Assembly (NCBI GenBank): GCA_039679675.1
Contig: JBDKUN010000056.1
Coordinates: 84,725 to 148,724 of the forward strand
Source of the DNA: Armatimonadota bacterium
GTDB lineage: Bacteria > Armatimonadota > UBA5829 > DTLH01
DNA: 64,000 nt
Direction of reading: 5' to 3'
Position numbers and translations under genes: made by a program. Under the pieces are notes generated by a model. That model did no database searches, was not told where the DNA came from, and saw nothing but the letters and a program-made list of their open reading frames with translations. This document shows positions 27,854 through 37,583 of the stretch, piece by piece. How positions within the stretch are numbered: the stretch's first letter is position 1; the number at the start of each line of letters is the position of its first letter.

Positions 27854-29197
27854 CTAAACAATAGCTCCCTGTTTTCTCAGCGTTTCCAGATGTAAACTGG
27901 CATTCAGGTTCTCAACACCCACATTCTCACGGGTTGAGAGTGCAGCGGCTGTGCCTGCGGCTTGTCCGAGCGCTGCGCAGCACGGCATTATACGGATCGC
28001 TCCGTTGCCGGCCTGCGTGCTGGACACGCATCTTCCTGCTACAAGAAGAGATTCGACGCCGAGTGGTATAAGGCATCTGTATGGGATTTCGTACCAGTCT
28101 CCCGGAGGGGGCAAAACCGGCCTTGAGACCATATCTTCGTCTTTGGTATAACCCTTGCCGGAATGAACGTCTACGGGGTAAGCAAGCCGGGCTATCGCAT
28201 CCGCAAACTTTCTTGCTTCTGCTACATCTTCTTCGCTGAATATATATTTGCCGGTAATCCGGCGTGTTTCTCTTACTCCGATCTGTGAAGCCACCCGCAG
28301 CAGGTACGATGACTCGAACCCAGGAATATGCTTCTTAACGAACTTGACCAAAGCTGCTGCCTGTCTCCGCCCTTCTATCTCGGCTTTTGTAAGGTCATCT
28401 GTATTTGTGCCGCTGACGCCCCCGATATGGGTCGTATTAAAGACGACTTCCCCCTGCCGTGGACGGCTGATGTAGAATAACAGATCGCCGGGTAAGGGAT
28501 ACTCCCCGTGCTTTTTAGCTTCAGTTATGAGGCTGTAGTATCCTGCGACTGAGATGATACCCCTCGCAAGCTCTTCAATATCGCTGTCTGGCGGAAGCAC
28601 TGGGAACCTGAACTGGTCAGGATGATCCTTCACATAAGTGAGTGCACAGGCCGTATCGACTCCGCCGACGTCGAACATCATTGTCATCGCCTGCGGGACG
28701 CCGTCAGGTCCGCCTGTTTCAAACGGAGCTCCCGCGAATGCTGCAACGTCACCATCTCCCGTGGCATCGACTGTACAGCCCGCGCAGTACGTGTTTTCAC
28801 CGGATTTGTTCGTTACTTTTAACCCTTTTACGGAGGCGCCGTCCATGACAGCGCCGGAGACCCACGAGTGCAGCAGTAATTCGACTCCTGCTTCGATAGC
28901 CATCTCCTGCAGGACGAATTTCATTGCTTCGGAATCGAAAGTATTCTCTCTGATGCCGTCTATCTCTGCAAGCTTCGCGCGTATATCGTCATATATCCCG
29001 CCAATGAGCGGAAGGCCTGTGGAGGTGCGATGAGTCATGAACGGGTTGACGAGCCCGGCCGTAGCAAGGCCCCCCAGGAACCCATAACGCTCAATGAGGA
29101 GCGTTTTCGCGCCCAGTCTGGCGGAAGCAACCGCAGCGGAGAAACCCGCGATCCCCCCGCCTGCCACTATCGTATCGTAACTAATCTGAGTAGGCAT
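27854..29197 (-). CDS. FAD-dependent oxidoreductase
   Basis: VAGGGIAG, LIERYGFLGG, VDATGDGD, GVRETRRI, IPYRCL, AGRCVS. Confidence 0.88.
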   Translation of the reverse strand: MPTQISYDTIVAGGGIAGFSAAVASARLGAKTLLIERYGFLGGLATAGLVNPFMTHRTSTGLPLIGGIYDDIRAKLAEIDGIRENTFDSEAMKFVLQEMAIEAGVELLLHSWVSGAVMDGASVKGLKVTNKSGENTYCAGCTVDATGDGDVAAFAGAPFETGGPDGVPQAMTMMFDVGGVDTACALTYVKDHPDQFRFPVLPPDSDIEELARGIISVAGYYSLITEAKKHGEYPLPGDLLFYISRPRQGEVVFNTTHIGGVSGTNTDDLTKAEIEGRRQAAALVKFVKKHIPGFESSYLLRVASQIGVRETRRITGKYIFSEEDVAEARKFADAIARLAYPVDVHSGKGYTKDEDMVSRPVLPPPGDWYEIPYRCLIPLGVESLLVAGRCVSSTQAGNGAIRIMPCCAALGQAAGTAAALSTRENVGVENLNASLHLETLRKQGAIV

Positions 29198-29239
29198 ATC
29201 AGTAGTTTATTATGCTATGAGTTGGGCTTGAAGTCAAAT

Positions 29240-29272
29240 AAAAACGAGCCCGCTGTTTTAGCAACGGGCTCG
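29240..29272 (-). terminator. Intrinsic terminator
   Basis: CGAGCCCG/CGGGCTCG with an A-run on the left. Confidence 0.75.
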
Positions 29273-29306
29273 CAGGAACGTTTGATAAATAATCAATCAA
29301 ACCAGT

Positions 29307-30128
29307 TTACGGAAGATTGTCTCCGTATTTCTGCGGATTCCAGGATAAGTCTGAATTCCAGGTATATGCACCATCTCTAGTATTAGGATCGCTGGGATCG
29401 TAGTAGTTATGGTTATACCACTGCGGCTCGCCGCCACCCCTTACAGCCCACGGTAGAGGCTGATCGTTGACTTGGTTGACACTGCATACGATTCTCTTCG
29501 GCGCTACGTGGCCGTCCATGAATGTGCAGTTGATGGTAACACCATTGGCAAGGCCTCTGTTGGTGTCACTCCAGTGCCAGCCATTGTGCTCATAGAAGAG
29601 GACTTGGTTGGCCGGGAATCCAAAGTCTCCATCTTTGCGGCAAACTGTTGTGCCGTTAGGGCCACCGAACCATGCCAGGTCGGTCGATGCCTTCCAGAAG
29701 TAGGAAACCGTGGCATTCATGTCATCGGATCTGGCTGGGTCGGATGGGCACCAGATGATGTCCTTGTTCTTCAGGTGCGTGTAAAGAAGTGTCGGCCATG
29801 TGGCATGCCCCGGATATGTGGTAGCCCCAATGGAACCTCTTAAACATGCAAACTGTATAAAATATGATGAGTTGAAAACGGTGTTCGGCGATGCAGGGTT
29901 CCTGGTGTTTAACGCGGAACTCGGCATCATCGCCTCGTAGTCTCCCTGATAAAGCTGTACAGCTATACCAAGCTCCTTCATGTTACTCTGGCACGAGGCT
30001 TTCCTCGCTGCCTCTCTAGCTCGTGCAAATACCGGGAAGAGGATGGCTGCGAGTATGGCAATGATCGCGATAACGACCAGAAGCTCGATCAGCGTAAATC
30101 CGCTTTTCCTTCGGCTAATAGCTAGCAT
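29307..30128 (-). CDS. DUF1559-type prepilin N-terminal cleavage/methylation protein
   Basis: [59 protein letters not shown] before ATG 30128. Confidence 0.9.
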   Translation of the reverse strand: MLAISRRKSGFTLIELLVVIAIIAILAAILFPVFARAREAARKASCQSNMKELGIAVQLYQGDYEAMMPSSALNTRNPASPNTVFNSSYFIQFACLRGSIGATTYPGHATWPTLLYTHLKNKDIIWCPSDPARSDDMNATVSYFWKASTDLAWFGGPNGTTVCRKDGDFGFPANQVLFYEHNGWHWSDTNRGLANGVTINCTFMDGHVAPKRIVCSVNQVNDQPLPWAVRGGGEPQWYNHNYYDPSDPNTRDGAYTWNSDLSWNPQKYGDNLP

Positions 30129-30487
30129 TGAACTACCTCCCTTGAAATTGTGTATACGCCAGTGCGTTGGATATTTTCGCTTGACGGTTGGCGACATTTC
30201 GATACTAAAACCGCTTCAGAAGTTCCTAGCTAGGGAATCCTCTCTTTCGTTGAAGACGACATAGTAAGTTCAATCAGTGTGTCGTGAAGCCGATTTTAAT
30301 ATAACGTTTGTCGCTTAATAGCCTGGCGAATCTTAAAATGGATAAATGAGTCAGCGCAACTACTCGATTCGCTGGCCTCACCTCCTCTGCCGGATGACCG
30401 GCGTATTACCGCACAATTGCTTGTATAGCCATTGGCTTTAGATCTGTGTAGCTATTGCAGACCAAACCGTGCGGAGCATACGGTTGC

Positions 30488-30516
30488 ATGCTAACATGCC
30501 CGACAGTTCGTGTCAA
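30488..30516 (-). promoter_or_regulatory. sigma70-type promoter with adjacent LacI-like site (30475-30488)
   Basis: TTGACA-N17-TAGCAT on the minus strand; AGCATACGGTTGCA lies at the expected start site. Confidence 0.55.
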
Positions 30517-30620
30517 CAAAAATTCTCCAACATATAGAGAATGTTAGCTACACCCCTCTCGGATTTATTGACTGGCAAAACGCCTGGAATGTTCCCGAAT
30601 TATTTTGATTATAGTAATCA

Positions 30621-32321
30621 TTATTTTTCACTTTTGACAAACTGCCATAAGGACCATCTTCCCGATGTGGATTCCCGGCGAAGAATGCAGCCCAGAGAAG
30701 GAAGCTCGACGCTTCTTTCTGTAAGAATATAGCCTCCGGCAGCCTGCGACACCTCTCGTTTGAGCGCATCTTGCTCGTTTGGTTTAGCAGTATTATCGAT
30801 CTCGATTACACGGTCTGCATGACCCGTGACGAAAAGCAGGCTGGGGCGCCTCCGCTCGAAATGGTAGATGATCAGCTTTTCACCGCGCTCGATCGCCGGT
30901 ATGGTCTTTCTGGCAAGAGTGTGCATCGGGTCGATATTGTAGCTGCTCCAAGCCGACAGCCCGATACTTCCCGCAAGCATGGCGAATATTGCACCTGTCA
31001 GAGCCCCTGCTGTTATTACCTGAGGGACAACTTTTTGCCGCAGAATGATGACAATCGTCCCGCATAGAAAAAGAATACCCGTGGAAAGAGCGAACGGATA
31101 CATGACAACCAGCGCATCGGCTGCAGCCGGTGGTACCGGCTTGCCGCCCAGCATAACACCTGCCTGAGATTGCCACAGTTTGCCCAGCACTCCCGCAGTC
31201 GTAAACAATCCGCCGAGGAGCATTCCTCCGATCACTGTCAGCACGCACTCAAGCCGGGCCAGGCTTTTGGTTTTCTCGTCCAGGAGCCTCCGCGCCGCAA
31301 GTATTGAAAGCGCGGGAAGCGCTGGCTGCACATAGCCCGGCAGCTTTGATGCGCTTATCGAAAAGAACCCTACTACAACCGCTGCCCAGATCGCCCACAT
31401 AGACCATTCGCCGGTGTTTTTATCATTCAAATGACCGGAACGGATGCCTTGCCACCATGCGATAGGCATCACGGCGCTCCATGGAAACGCGCCGATAAGC
31501 AGAATAGGGAGATAGAACCAGAAAGGCTGGTTATGCGCAAAGTCCTTGCCCAGAAACCTCGCCATTTGCTGGTGCACGATGTATTCGTTGATGAACGCGC
31601 TTCCGTTCGCCCGCCACAGCGCCAGATGCCAAGGCAGGACTATCAGCAGGTACAGCCCAAGCGCGGCAACCCAGGGGATTCTTTTCAGCTCCTTGAAGTC
31701 GCGCGTTATAATCATACGCAAAACGAATGCAGCACCTGGAAGCAGGATACCTATCGTGCCTTTCGTCATTGTGGCGAACCCTGCCGCCGCGGCCATCAGG
31801 ATATATCCCCAGCGTTTGCCCCTATTTCCTTCGATCCACCCGATTATCGAAAGAGTGAACCACAGCGTAAGCAAACTATCGGTTATTGCCTGGCGAGACA
31901 GGCCGATCGTGAGAGTAGAAAAGGCAAATATCACCGCTGCGAGGCGGCCGGTCCCCTCCAAACCTCTGCGCCGGGCCCACCATAAAAGCGCGAGAGCAGT
32001 CAGCGCGGCGGCAGCTGCGGACGGCAGCCTGACTGCAAACGAAGTCGGGCCAAACAGCTTGATTGAGCCTGCCTGCAGCCAATAGAGGAGGGGAGGCTTG
32101 TCAAAGAACACCTGTGTTCCGATTTTGGGGATCAGCCAGTCACCGGAGTCGGCCATTTGCCTTGAAACAGTCGTATAAAGCCCTTCGTCAAGGTCGAATA
32201 CTCCGGCGGCACCGAGTCCATAGAAGCATCCCAGCCACAATACAGCTATCACAAAGATAATATGCGCAAATCGGGGTTTTGCCAGATTATTCGATACAGG
32301 AGGGTATTTTTTCTTCATCAT
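30621..32321 (-). CDS. ArnT/PMT-family membrane glycosyltransferase
   Basis: DLDEGLY..SRQM..GDWLIP, FFDKPPLLYW, RLPS, TKG, HNQPFWFY, SKLPGY. Confidence 0.88.
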   Translation of the reverse strand: MMKKKYPPVSNNLAKPRFAHIIFVIAVLWLGCFYGLGAAGVFDLDEGLYTTVSRQMADSGDWLIPKIGTQVFFDKPPLLYWLQAGSIKLFGPTSFAVRLPSAAAAALTALALLWWARRRGLEGTGRLAAVIFAFSTLTIGLSRQAITDSLLTLWFTLSIIGWIEGNRGKRWGYILMAAAAGFATMTKGTIGILLPGAAFVLRMIITRDFKELKRIPWVAALGLYLLIVLPWHLALWRANGSAFINEYIVHQQMARFLGKDFAHNQPFWFYLPILLIGAFPWSAVMPIAWWQGIRSGHLNDKNTGEWSMWAIWAAVVVGFFSISASKLPGYVQPALPALSILAARRLLDEKTKSLARLECVLTVIGGMLLGGLFTTAGVLGKLWQSQAGVMLGGKPVPPAAADALVVMYPFALSTGILFLCGTIVIILRQKVVPQVITAGALTGAIFAMLAGSIGLSAWSSYNIDPMHTLARKTIPAIERGEKLIIYHFERRRPSLLFVTGHADRVIEIDNTAKPNEQDALKREVSQAAGGYILTERSVELPSLGCILRRESTSGRWSLWQFVKSEK

Positions 32322-32862
32322 GATGCTCTAATGCTACAGCTTCGGCGGACTTACGTCTAGACTTCGGACAAAATACATGCAGATTTGTGGATAGGATACT
32401 GAGCAATGCACCTGCAGTGACATCCATAGGAAAATGCACGCCGAGATACACCCTTGTGTAAGCCACCATCACCGCGTAGGCAATGAGTACGCACTGAAAC
32501 CACCTGCGTTCCCCCGCGATCAACGCGCCCATGATGGCAAATGCCATGGCTGCATCGGCGGAGGGGAAGGAGTTGCCATGAAGGTTCAGAAGAAGATGTA
32601 TATTGCTCTGGCCTAGAGCCAGCGCAGGCCTGTATTGCGGGAAAGTGTTCTTTATGATATGGACTATACTGATCGAGATAATCAGTCCTATAACCAGCCT
32701 GTGCAGTTTGTAACGTCTGAATTTGTAAACCAGAGCCAGCACAGGTATGAGAAACACGCCATGCCCTGCCCACCGGAAAATCTCGAAAAATGTATCGAGC
32801 GCCGGACAGTGATGCGAGTTGATCAGGTAAAATAACTTCAGGTTTAGAGGATTTAACTCCAT
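32287..32862 (-). CDS. PAP2 family phosphatase
   Basis: KNTFPQYRP, SFPSADA, TRVYLGVHFPMDV; start codon uncertain. Confidence 0.8.
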   Translation of the reverse strand: MELNPLNLKLFYLINSHHCPALDTFFEIFRWAGHGVFLIPVLALVYKFRRYKLHRLVIGLIISISIVHIIKNTFPQYRPALALGQSNIHLLLNLHGNSFPSADAAMAFAIMGALIAGERRWFQCVLIAYAVMVAYTRVYLGVHFPMDVTAGALLSILSTNLHVFCPKSRRKSAEAVALEHHDEEKIPSCIE

Positions 32863-33002
32863 GTGCTGGTGCCGCAAGCTCCTTTGACTGTATCGATTTA
32901 AGTTTAAACTTTCCCACTTTCTTCTGTCAACAACTCCAACAACAACGGTGCAGCGGTTGACCCTCAACACTTGTTCTGGGATAATCAAAGCAGAGGTAAT
33001 AC

Positions 33003-34352
33003 ATGCGTTTCTGGCTCATACTCTTAACCCTGATGCTCCCATGTTGTGCATGGTCGCAGGCCGCCGAACCTGTGGAAACAGAAGAACCTGTTTCCATAGA
33101 GGCTCGTGTGATCGAGACCACGCCGCCGTCCGTGCGGGCGGAAGGAGATGTTGTCTTCCGGCAGGGTCAAAAGCTGCTTTTGGCAGATGAGGTCCATTAC
33201 AACTATAAGGAACGCACGGGAGTTCTCACCCACGCGACATTTACAACCTGCGACGAAGAGCCCATGCATTACAAGATTACCGCGAGAGAGATTTTGCTGA
33301 CCCCCGATCAGCGCCTTAGAGCTCACCGGGTCCGAATCTTTCTCGGCAGTTTTCGTTTGCTCAGCCTGCCAAGCCTTGCCATCCATGTCGGACAGGCAGA
33401 AACTCATCAATCGATTATCCCACGCCCCGGCTACAGCAGTCACGAAGGGTTCTTTCTGGCCTCGCGTTACTCGCTTGTAAATAATTCGGAAGAGTATCTG
33501 GACCTTGTCTTTCGGCTGACAAGCAAAAACGGCATGCAAGGCGGCCTTATGTCGAGCCATATCCTGGCAGGCAATGCATCGGAAGCACCGGAATATACTC
33601 CTGATGCTGACTCAGAGCTGCGCCGCAGTTCGATGCTGCTGCCCCGCACTCAGGAAAATATATGCAAGTTTTCAAAAGACGGCCAGAGCCAACGCCTGCT
33701 GTCCGTATTCGGTGGAGTCCTTGCTCGTGAGCGGACATATGATATAGAAGAAAAAGACCTGCTTGTGTCACGGCTTCCTGAGATCGGTATCCAGTATATA
33801 AGCCCGCAGCTCTGCATCGCCAAGGAAGATGAACAGCCGGTATTGGGAGCTCACTTTGAGGCTCGCGCTACATGGGGCGATTATAAAGAAGACCCTGACG
33901 GTGAAAGAGCCGATAGAATAGACCTGCGCGGGGCCGCTTCGACGACACTTGCGACATACGGCCACTCTACGGCGCTCAGGATTGGCGGGCTTGCTCGATA
34001 TTCAAGTTACGATACAGGCGAATCATATAAAGTGCTTGGCGGAGCGCTCGATATAAGCCGGATATTCCACGGTGGGTCGTATGCGTCTATTCGGCTTCTG
34101 GCGCATGGAACTTCCGGCTCGACGCCGTTCGAGTTCGACGACATAGACATCAAACGTGAACTTCAGGCCGCCGGAAGATATATTTTGGGGCGAAATACTT
34201 ACGGTCTTCTTCTCGATTACGACCTGGAGAGACACTCGCTCCGTGACTGGGAATTTTCAATCTCGCGGAAAATGCATTGTCTCGAACCGGGAATAAGCTG
34301 GCGGAACGATTATGACCAGATTTCCTTTACATTGCGTGTTCTTGGGATTTAA
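33003..34352 (+). CDS. LptD-like outer membrane protein
   Basis: Signal peptide, AEGDV..ADEVHYN..ATFTTC..PMHY, beta-strand-rich C-terminus. Confidence 0.65.
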   Translation: MRFWLILLTLMLPCCAWSQAAEPVETEEPVSIEARVIETTPPSVRAEGDVVFRQGQKLLLADEVHYNYKERTGVLTHATFTTCDEEPMHYKITAREILLTPDQRLRAHRVRIFLGSFRLLSLPSLAIHVGQAETHQSIIPRPGYSSHEGFFLASRYSLVNNSEEYLDLVFRLTSKNGMQGGLMSSHILAGNASEAPEYTPDADSELRRSSMLLPRTQENICKFSKDGQSQRLLSVFGGVLARERTYDIEEKDLLVSRLPEIGIQYISPQLCIAKEDEQPVLGAHFEARATWGDYKEDPDGERADRIDLRGAASTTLATYGHSTALRIGGLARYSSYDTGESYKVLGGALDISRIFHGGSYASIRLLAHGTSGSTPFEFDDIDIKRELQAAGRYILGRNTYGLLLDYDLERHSLRDWEFSISRKMHCLEPGISWRNDYDQISFTLRVLGI

Positions 34353-34520
34353 GCTTTGGAAGGAATAAGCATCCCAAACGGCGTAGTATTTATAATGGTA
34401 TAAGATTTTGTTATATCGAAGCACTATGCTCCGATATACTTTAATAAAAACCTGAAAAATGGATGTATGAGGCTTTTATAACTGCCTGATCCATCCTTTC
34501 TTCCTTAATTGGAGGCAATT

Positions 34521-35861
34521 TTGGCAACAGTAATGACCCTTCCCCTCCTGGGGCAAACAATGGAAGAGGGAACAATCACAAAATGGCTGAAAAGTGAAGG
34601 TGACGTTCTGGAAAAAGGCGAGCCGCTCCTTGAAGTCATGACCGACAAAGCTAATATGGAAGTGGAATCGCCCACTTCTGGTATACTGCGCAAAATAGTT
34701 GCTCAGGAAGGCGAGATAATCCCTGTAAAAGATGTAATAGCGATCATCGGAACCGCCGATGAGCCTATAGACGGATTGATCCAGAAGCCTTCCGCCCCGG
34801 CAGCAAGCGAAAAACCTGTTGTTTCGGCTGTTGAGACACCTTCCGCACCAGTCGCATCGGTGGCAGCACCGGCAGTCGGTTCTGCTCACGTGATAGCATC
34901 GCCAAGAGCGAAGACCGCCGCCGCGAAACATGGAGTCGATATAACACTCCTCGCAGGCAAGGGAACTGGAGTCGACGGCAGGATCGTCGAGCAGGATGTC
35001 GTCGCATTCGCACAGAATATGCCTGCGCCTGTAAGAGCAACGAGCCTTGCGGGCAAAGTCGCGGCGGACATAGGCATGGATCTGGCTGCAATACCCGGTT
35101 CCGGGCCTAAGGGGAAGATCACAAAGGACGATGTGCTTCGGGCTGTGGCAGTCAAGCCGACAAGAACGTCCATCGCCAGGACCATACCGATGGCGGGAAT
35201 ACGAAAGATCATCGCGGAGAATATCTCCGCGAGCATCCGCACAGCGCCGCACGTCACACTCACTGCCGCAGTGGATATGTCAGCCTGTATGGAGATGAGA
35301 AGCCAGCTCCTGCCGGAGTTCGAGAAGCGCTACGGCGTTCGGCTGACCGTCACAGGGCTCATCGTGAAGGCTGCTGCAATTGCAATCCTCGATCATCCGA
35401 TAATCAACTCATCGCTCGCGGAGGATAAGATTGTCATCCACGACGAAATCAACATCGGAGTCGCGGCTGCAATCGACGGCGGGCTGGTCGTCCCGGTCGT
35501 GAGAGATTGCGATATGAAACCGCTTCATGAAATTTCGAAAGACATCAAGAGTTTGTCCACCAAGGCGAAAGCCGGAACACTTACGATGGACGAAATGCAT
35601 GGCGGGACATTCACAGTTTCCAACCTGGCAACATTCGGCGTAGAGCAGTTCAACCCGGTCATCAATCCGCCGGAAAGCGCGATACTCGGAGTCTGCAAGA
35701 CAATCGAGAAGCCCGTAGTAGTCGACGGCAAAGTCGAAATCAGAAAGATGATGAACCTCTGCCTGTCATTCGACCACAGGGTCATGGACGGCGCTCCTGC
35801 AGGCGAATACCTGACAAGAGTAAAAGAGCTTCTGGAATCCCCATATCTGTTGCTGGTATAG
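34521..35861 (+). CDS. 2-oxoacid/acetoin dehydrogenase E2 (dihydrolipoamide acyltransferase)
   Basis: Lipoyl motif EVMTDKANMEV, two peripheral subunit-binding domains, DHRVMDG; TTG start after GGAGG. Confidence 0.93.
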   Translation: MATVMTLPLLGQTMEEGTITKWLKSEGDVLEKGEPLLEVMTDKANMEVESPTSGILRKIVAQEGEIIPVKDVIAIIGTADEPIDGLIQKPSAPAASEKPVVSAVETPSAPVASVAAPAVGSAHVIASPRAKTAAAKHGVDITLLAGKGTGVDGRIVEQDVVAFAQNMPAPVRATSLAGKVAADIGMDLAAIPGSGPKGKITKDDVLRAVAVKPTRTSIARTIPMAGIRKIIAENISASIRTAPHVTLTAAVDMSACMEMRSQLLPEFEKRYGVRLTVTGLIVKAAAIAILDHPIINSSLAEDKIVIHDEINIGVAAAIDGGLVVPVVRDCDMKPLHEISKDIKSLSTKAKAGTLTMDEMHGGTFTVSNLATFGVEQFNPVINPPESAILGVCKTIEKPVVVDGKVEIRKMMNLCLSFDHRVMDGAPAGEYLTRVKELLESPYLLLV

Positions 35862-35867
35862 CCGGAT

Positions 35868-36629
35868 ATGGCAGTAGAACGAGCGCTCTTTTCCCGGTGT
35901 GACCTTCATGTTCACACGCATCTTTCGCCGTGCGGCTGGGATGAAATGACGCCTGAGGCGATCATCCAGGCTGCCGAGAGGATGGGGCTGGAGCACATTT
36001 CAATAACGGATCACATACACCCGTCGATCAATCCGGCTATAGTACACCAGCTCCGCGAGGAGTTCAGCCGGATAGATACGAAGGTGCGGATAAATATCAG
36101 TTGCGAGGCGGATATTCTGTCCGTCAGAGAGAGTGTAATCGGTCCCGAGCTTATTGCCGGGACCGATTATATAATGGCCGCAGCTAACCATTTTGGTGCC
36201 CCGTGGGTGAGTAAGCCTAAAAGCAGCAGCAAATGTGACGTAGCCAGGCATTTCCTGGATATGTTCACCTACGCCGCCGGTCTCCCTTATGTAAGCGTCA
36301 TAGCTCACCCTCTTTATGTAATGCCGGACACCTACGACCCGCTTGCTCCCGCCGAGCTTACTGAGGCGGAGCTTATTCCCGCAATCGAGGTTGCCGCGAA
36401 GAACAATGTGGCAGTGGAGATCAGCCGCCGGGCCCTCGCGCCAGAGCAAAGGCCGTTTCTCGTGTCGTTCTACAGGCTCTGCAAAGAGGCGGGACTGAAG
36501 TTCTCTATCGGAAACGACGCGCACCAGTTGAAAGATGTGGGGCAGACGTGTCTGGTCGAGCCGATTGTGCGCGAACTGGGCCTGACGGATGAAGACATCT
36601 GGCTGCCATGCAGTAGAACGTCATGGTGA
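35868..36629 (+). CDS. PHP domain phosphoesterase
   Basis: DLHVHT, ITDH, IAHP, NDAH. Confidence 0.85.
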   Translation: MAVERALFSRCDLHVHTHLSPCGWDEMTPEAIIQAAERMGLEHISITDHIHPSINPAIVHQLREEFSRIDTKVRINISCEADILSVRESVIGPELIAGTDYIMAAANHFGAPWVSKPKSSSKCDVARHFLDMFTYAAGLPYVSVIAHPLYVMPDTYDPLAPAELTEAELIPAIEVAAKNNVAVEISRRALAPEQRPFLVSFYRLCKEAGLKFSIGNDAHQLKDVGQTCLVEPIVRELGLTDEDIWLPCSRTSW

Positions 36630-36640
36630 ACGCCCACAAC

Positions 36641-36752
36641 GTCATGCTGAGCTTGACTCAGCATCCAGGAAAGCTTATCAAATTAGTGGAGACTCCTGCT
36701 TCGGGATGAAAAGCGATCCCGAAGCATACGGAACTCCTTGGTTCAGGGTGAC
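36641..36752. repeat. REP-like palindromic element
   Basis: GTCATGCTGAGC..TCAGCAT ... GTTCAGGGTGAC with an inner perfect 11-bp hairpin TGCTTCGGGAT/ATCCCGAAGCA. Confidence 0.5.
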
Positions 36753-36797
36753 GTGGTTATTGTTCAAGATGATGTCTTTACTGAAAGCTGACTATTC

Positions 36798-37583
36798 CTA
36801 CACAAAGCTGTGAAGCGCCGTCGTAAGCGCTATCAGGCCAGCACCTATTATCAAAACCGAGTTTGCCCGTTTTCCGCGCCAGCCTGCGCTGCTATGGGCT
36901 ATCAGGTAAAGAGCATATACCACCCATGTAAGCCCGGACGCCATCAGTTTGACGTTGGCGTTATGCGCTTCCTGAATACCTGTAAACTTTACCCCTGCTA
37001 TACCTGCCGCGATGCCTATAGTCAGCATCGGAAACGCGATTACGACTAAATGGAACCCAAGCGCATCTATAGTCTCAAGCGGAGGCAGCCTGCGGAACAT
37101 CCCTTTGAACTTCTTTGACTTCAATAGCTTGTTCTGCACCAGATAGAAGACCGCGCAGCAGAATGCCTGGGCAAAAAGCGCAAAGCTCGCGATTATTGCG
37201 ACTATGTGAGCCCTCAGCCACACATCACCTGCAAATGGTTGGCCAGTTGACGCAGGAAACCTGTAGACCAGCGTAAGCGCAATCAGCGAAAGGGGCATCG
37301 CAAGCGCACCAAGCGCTGGAATCCTGAAGCGGATAAAAGTCAGGAGATAAATCGCGGTAATCGTCCAAGACAAAAAGAACATCGCTTCCGGGGCATTTGC
37401 AAAGGGCAGTTCACCTGCGGCTGCCTGCATAACTAGCCTTACCGATTGCAGCGCGAAGCCGACAGCGGCGGCGGCAGTGCCGTAGGCTGCAAAATACTTT
37501 CTCTTTACGTGTAGATTCACAAGATAGAGTATGGATGCGATAATATAAGCTGCAAGGCTTGCGCCGAGGAGTGTCGATGTCAT
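36798..37583 (-). CDS. CcsA/HemX-like cytochrome c assembly protein
   Basis: Multi-TM, WLRAHI, LPPLETID, GWRGKR; next to hemA. Confidence 0.85.
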   Translation of the reverse strand: MTSTLLGASLAAYIIASILYLVNLHVKRKYFAAYGTAAAAVGFALQSVRLVMQAAAGELPFANAPEAMFFLSWTITAIYLLTFIRFRIPALGALAMPLSLIALTLVYRFPASTGQPFAGDVWLRAHIVAIIASFALFAQAFCCAVFYLVQNKLLKSKKFKGMFRRLPPLETIDALGFHLVVIAFPMLTIGIAAGIAGVKFTGIQEAHNANVKLMASGLTWVVYALYLIAHSSAGWRGKRANSVLIIGAGLIALTTALHSFV

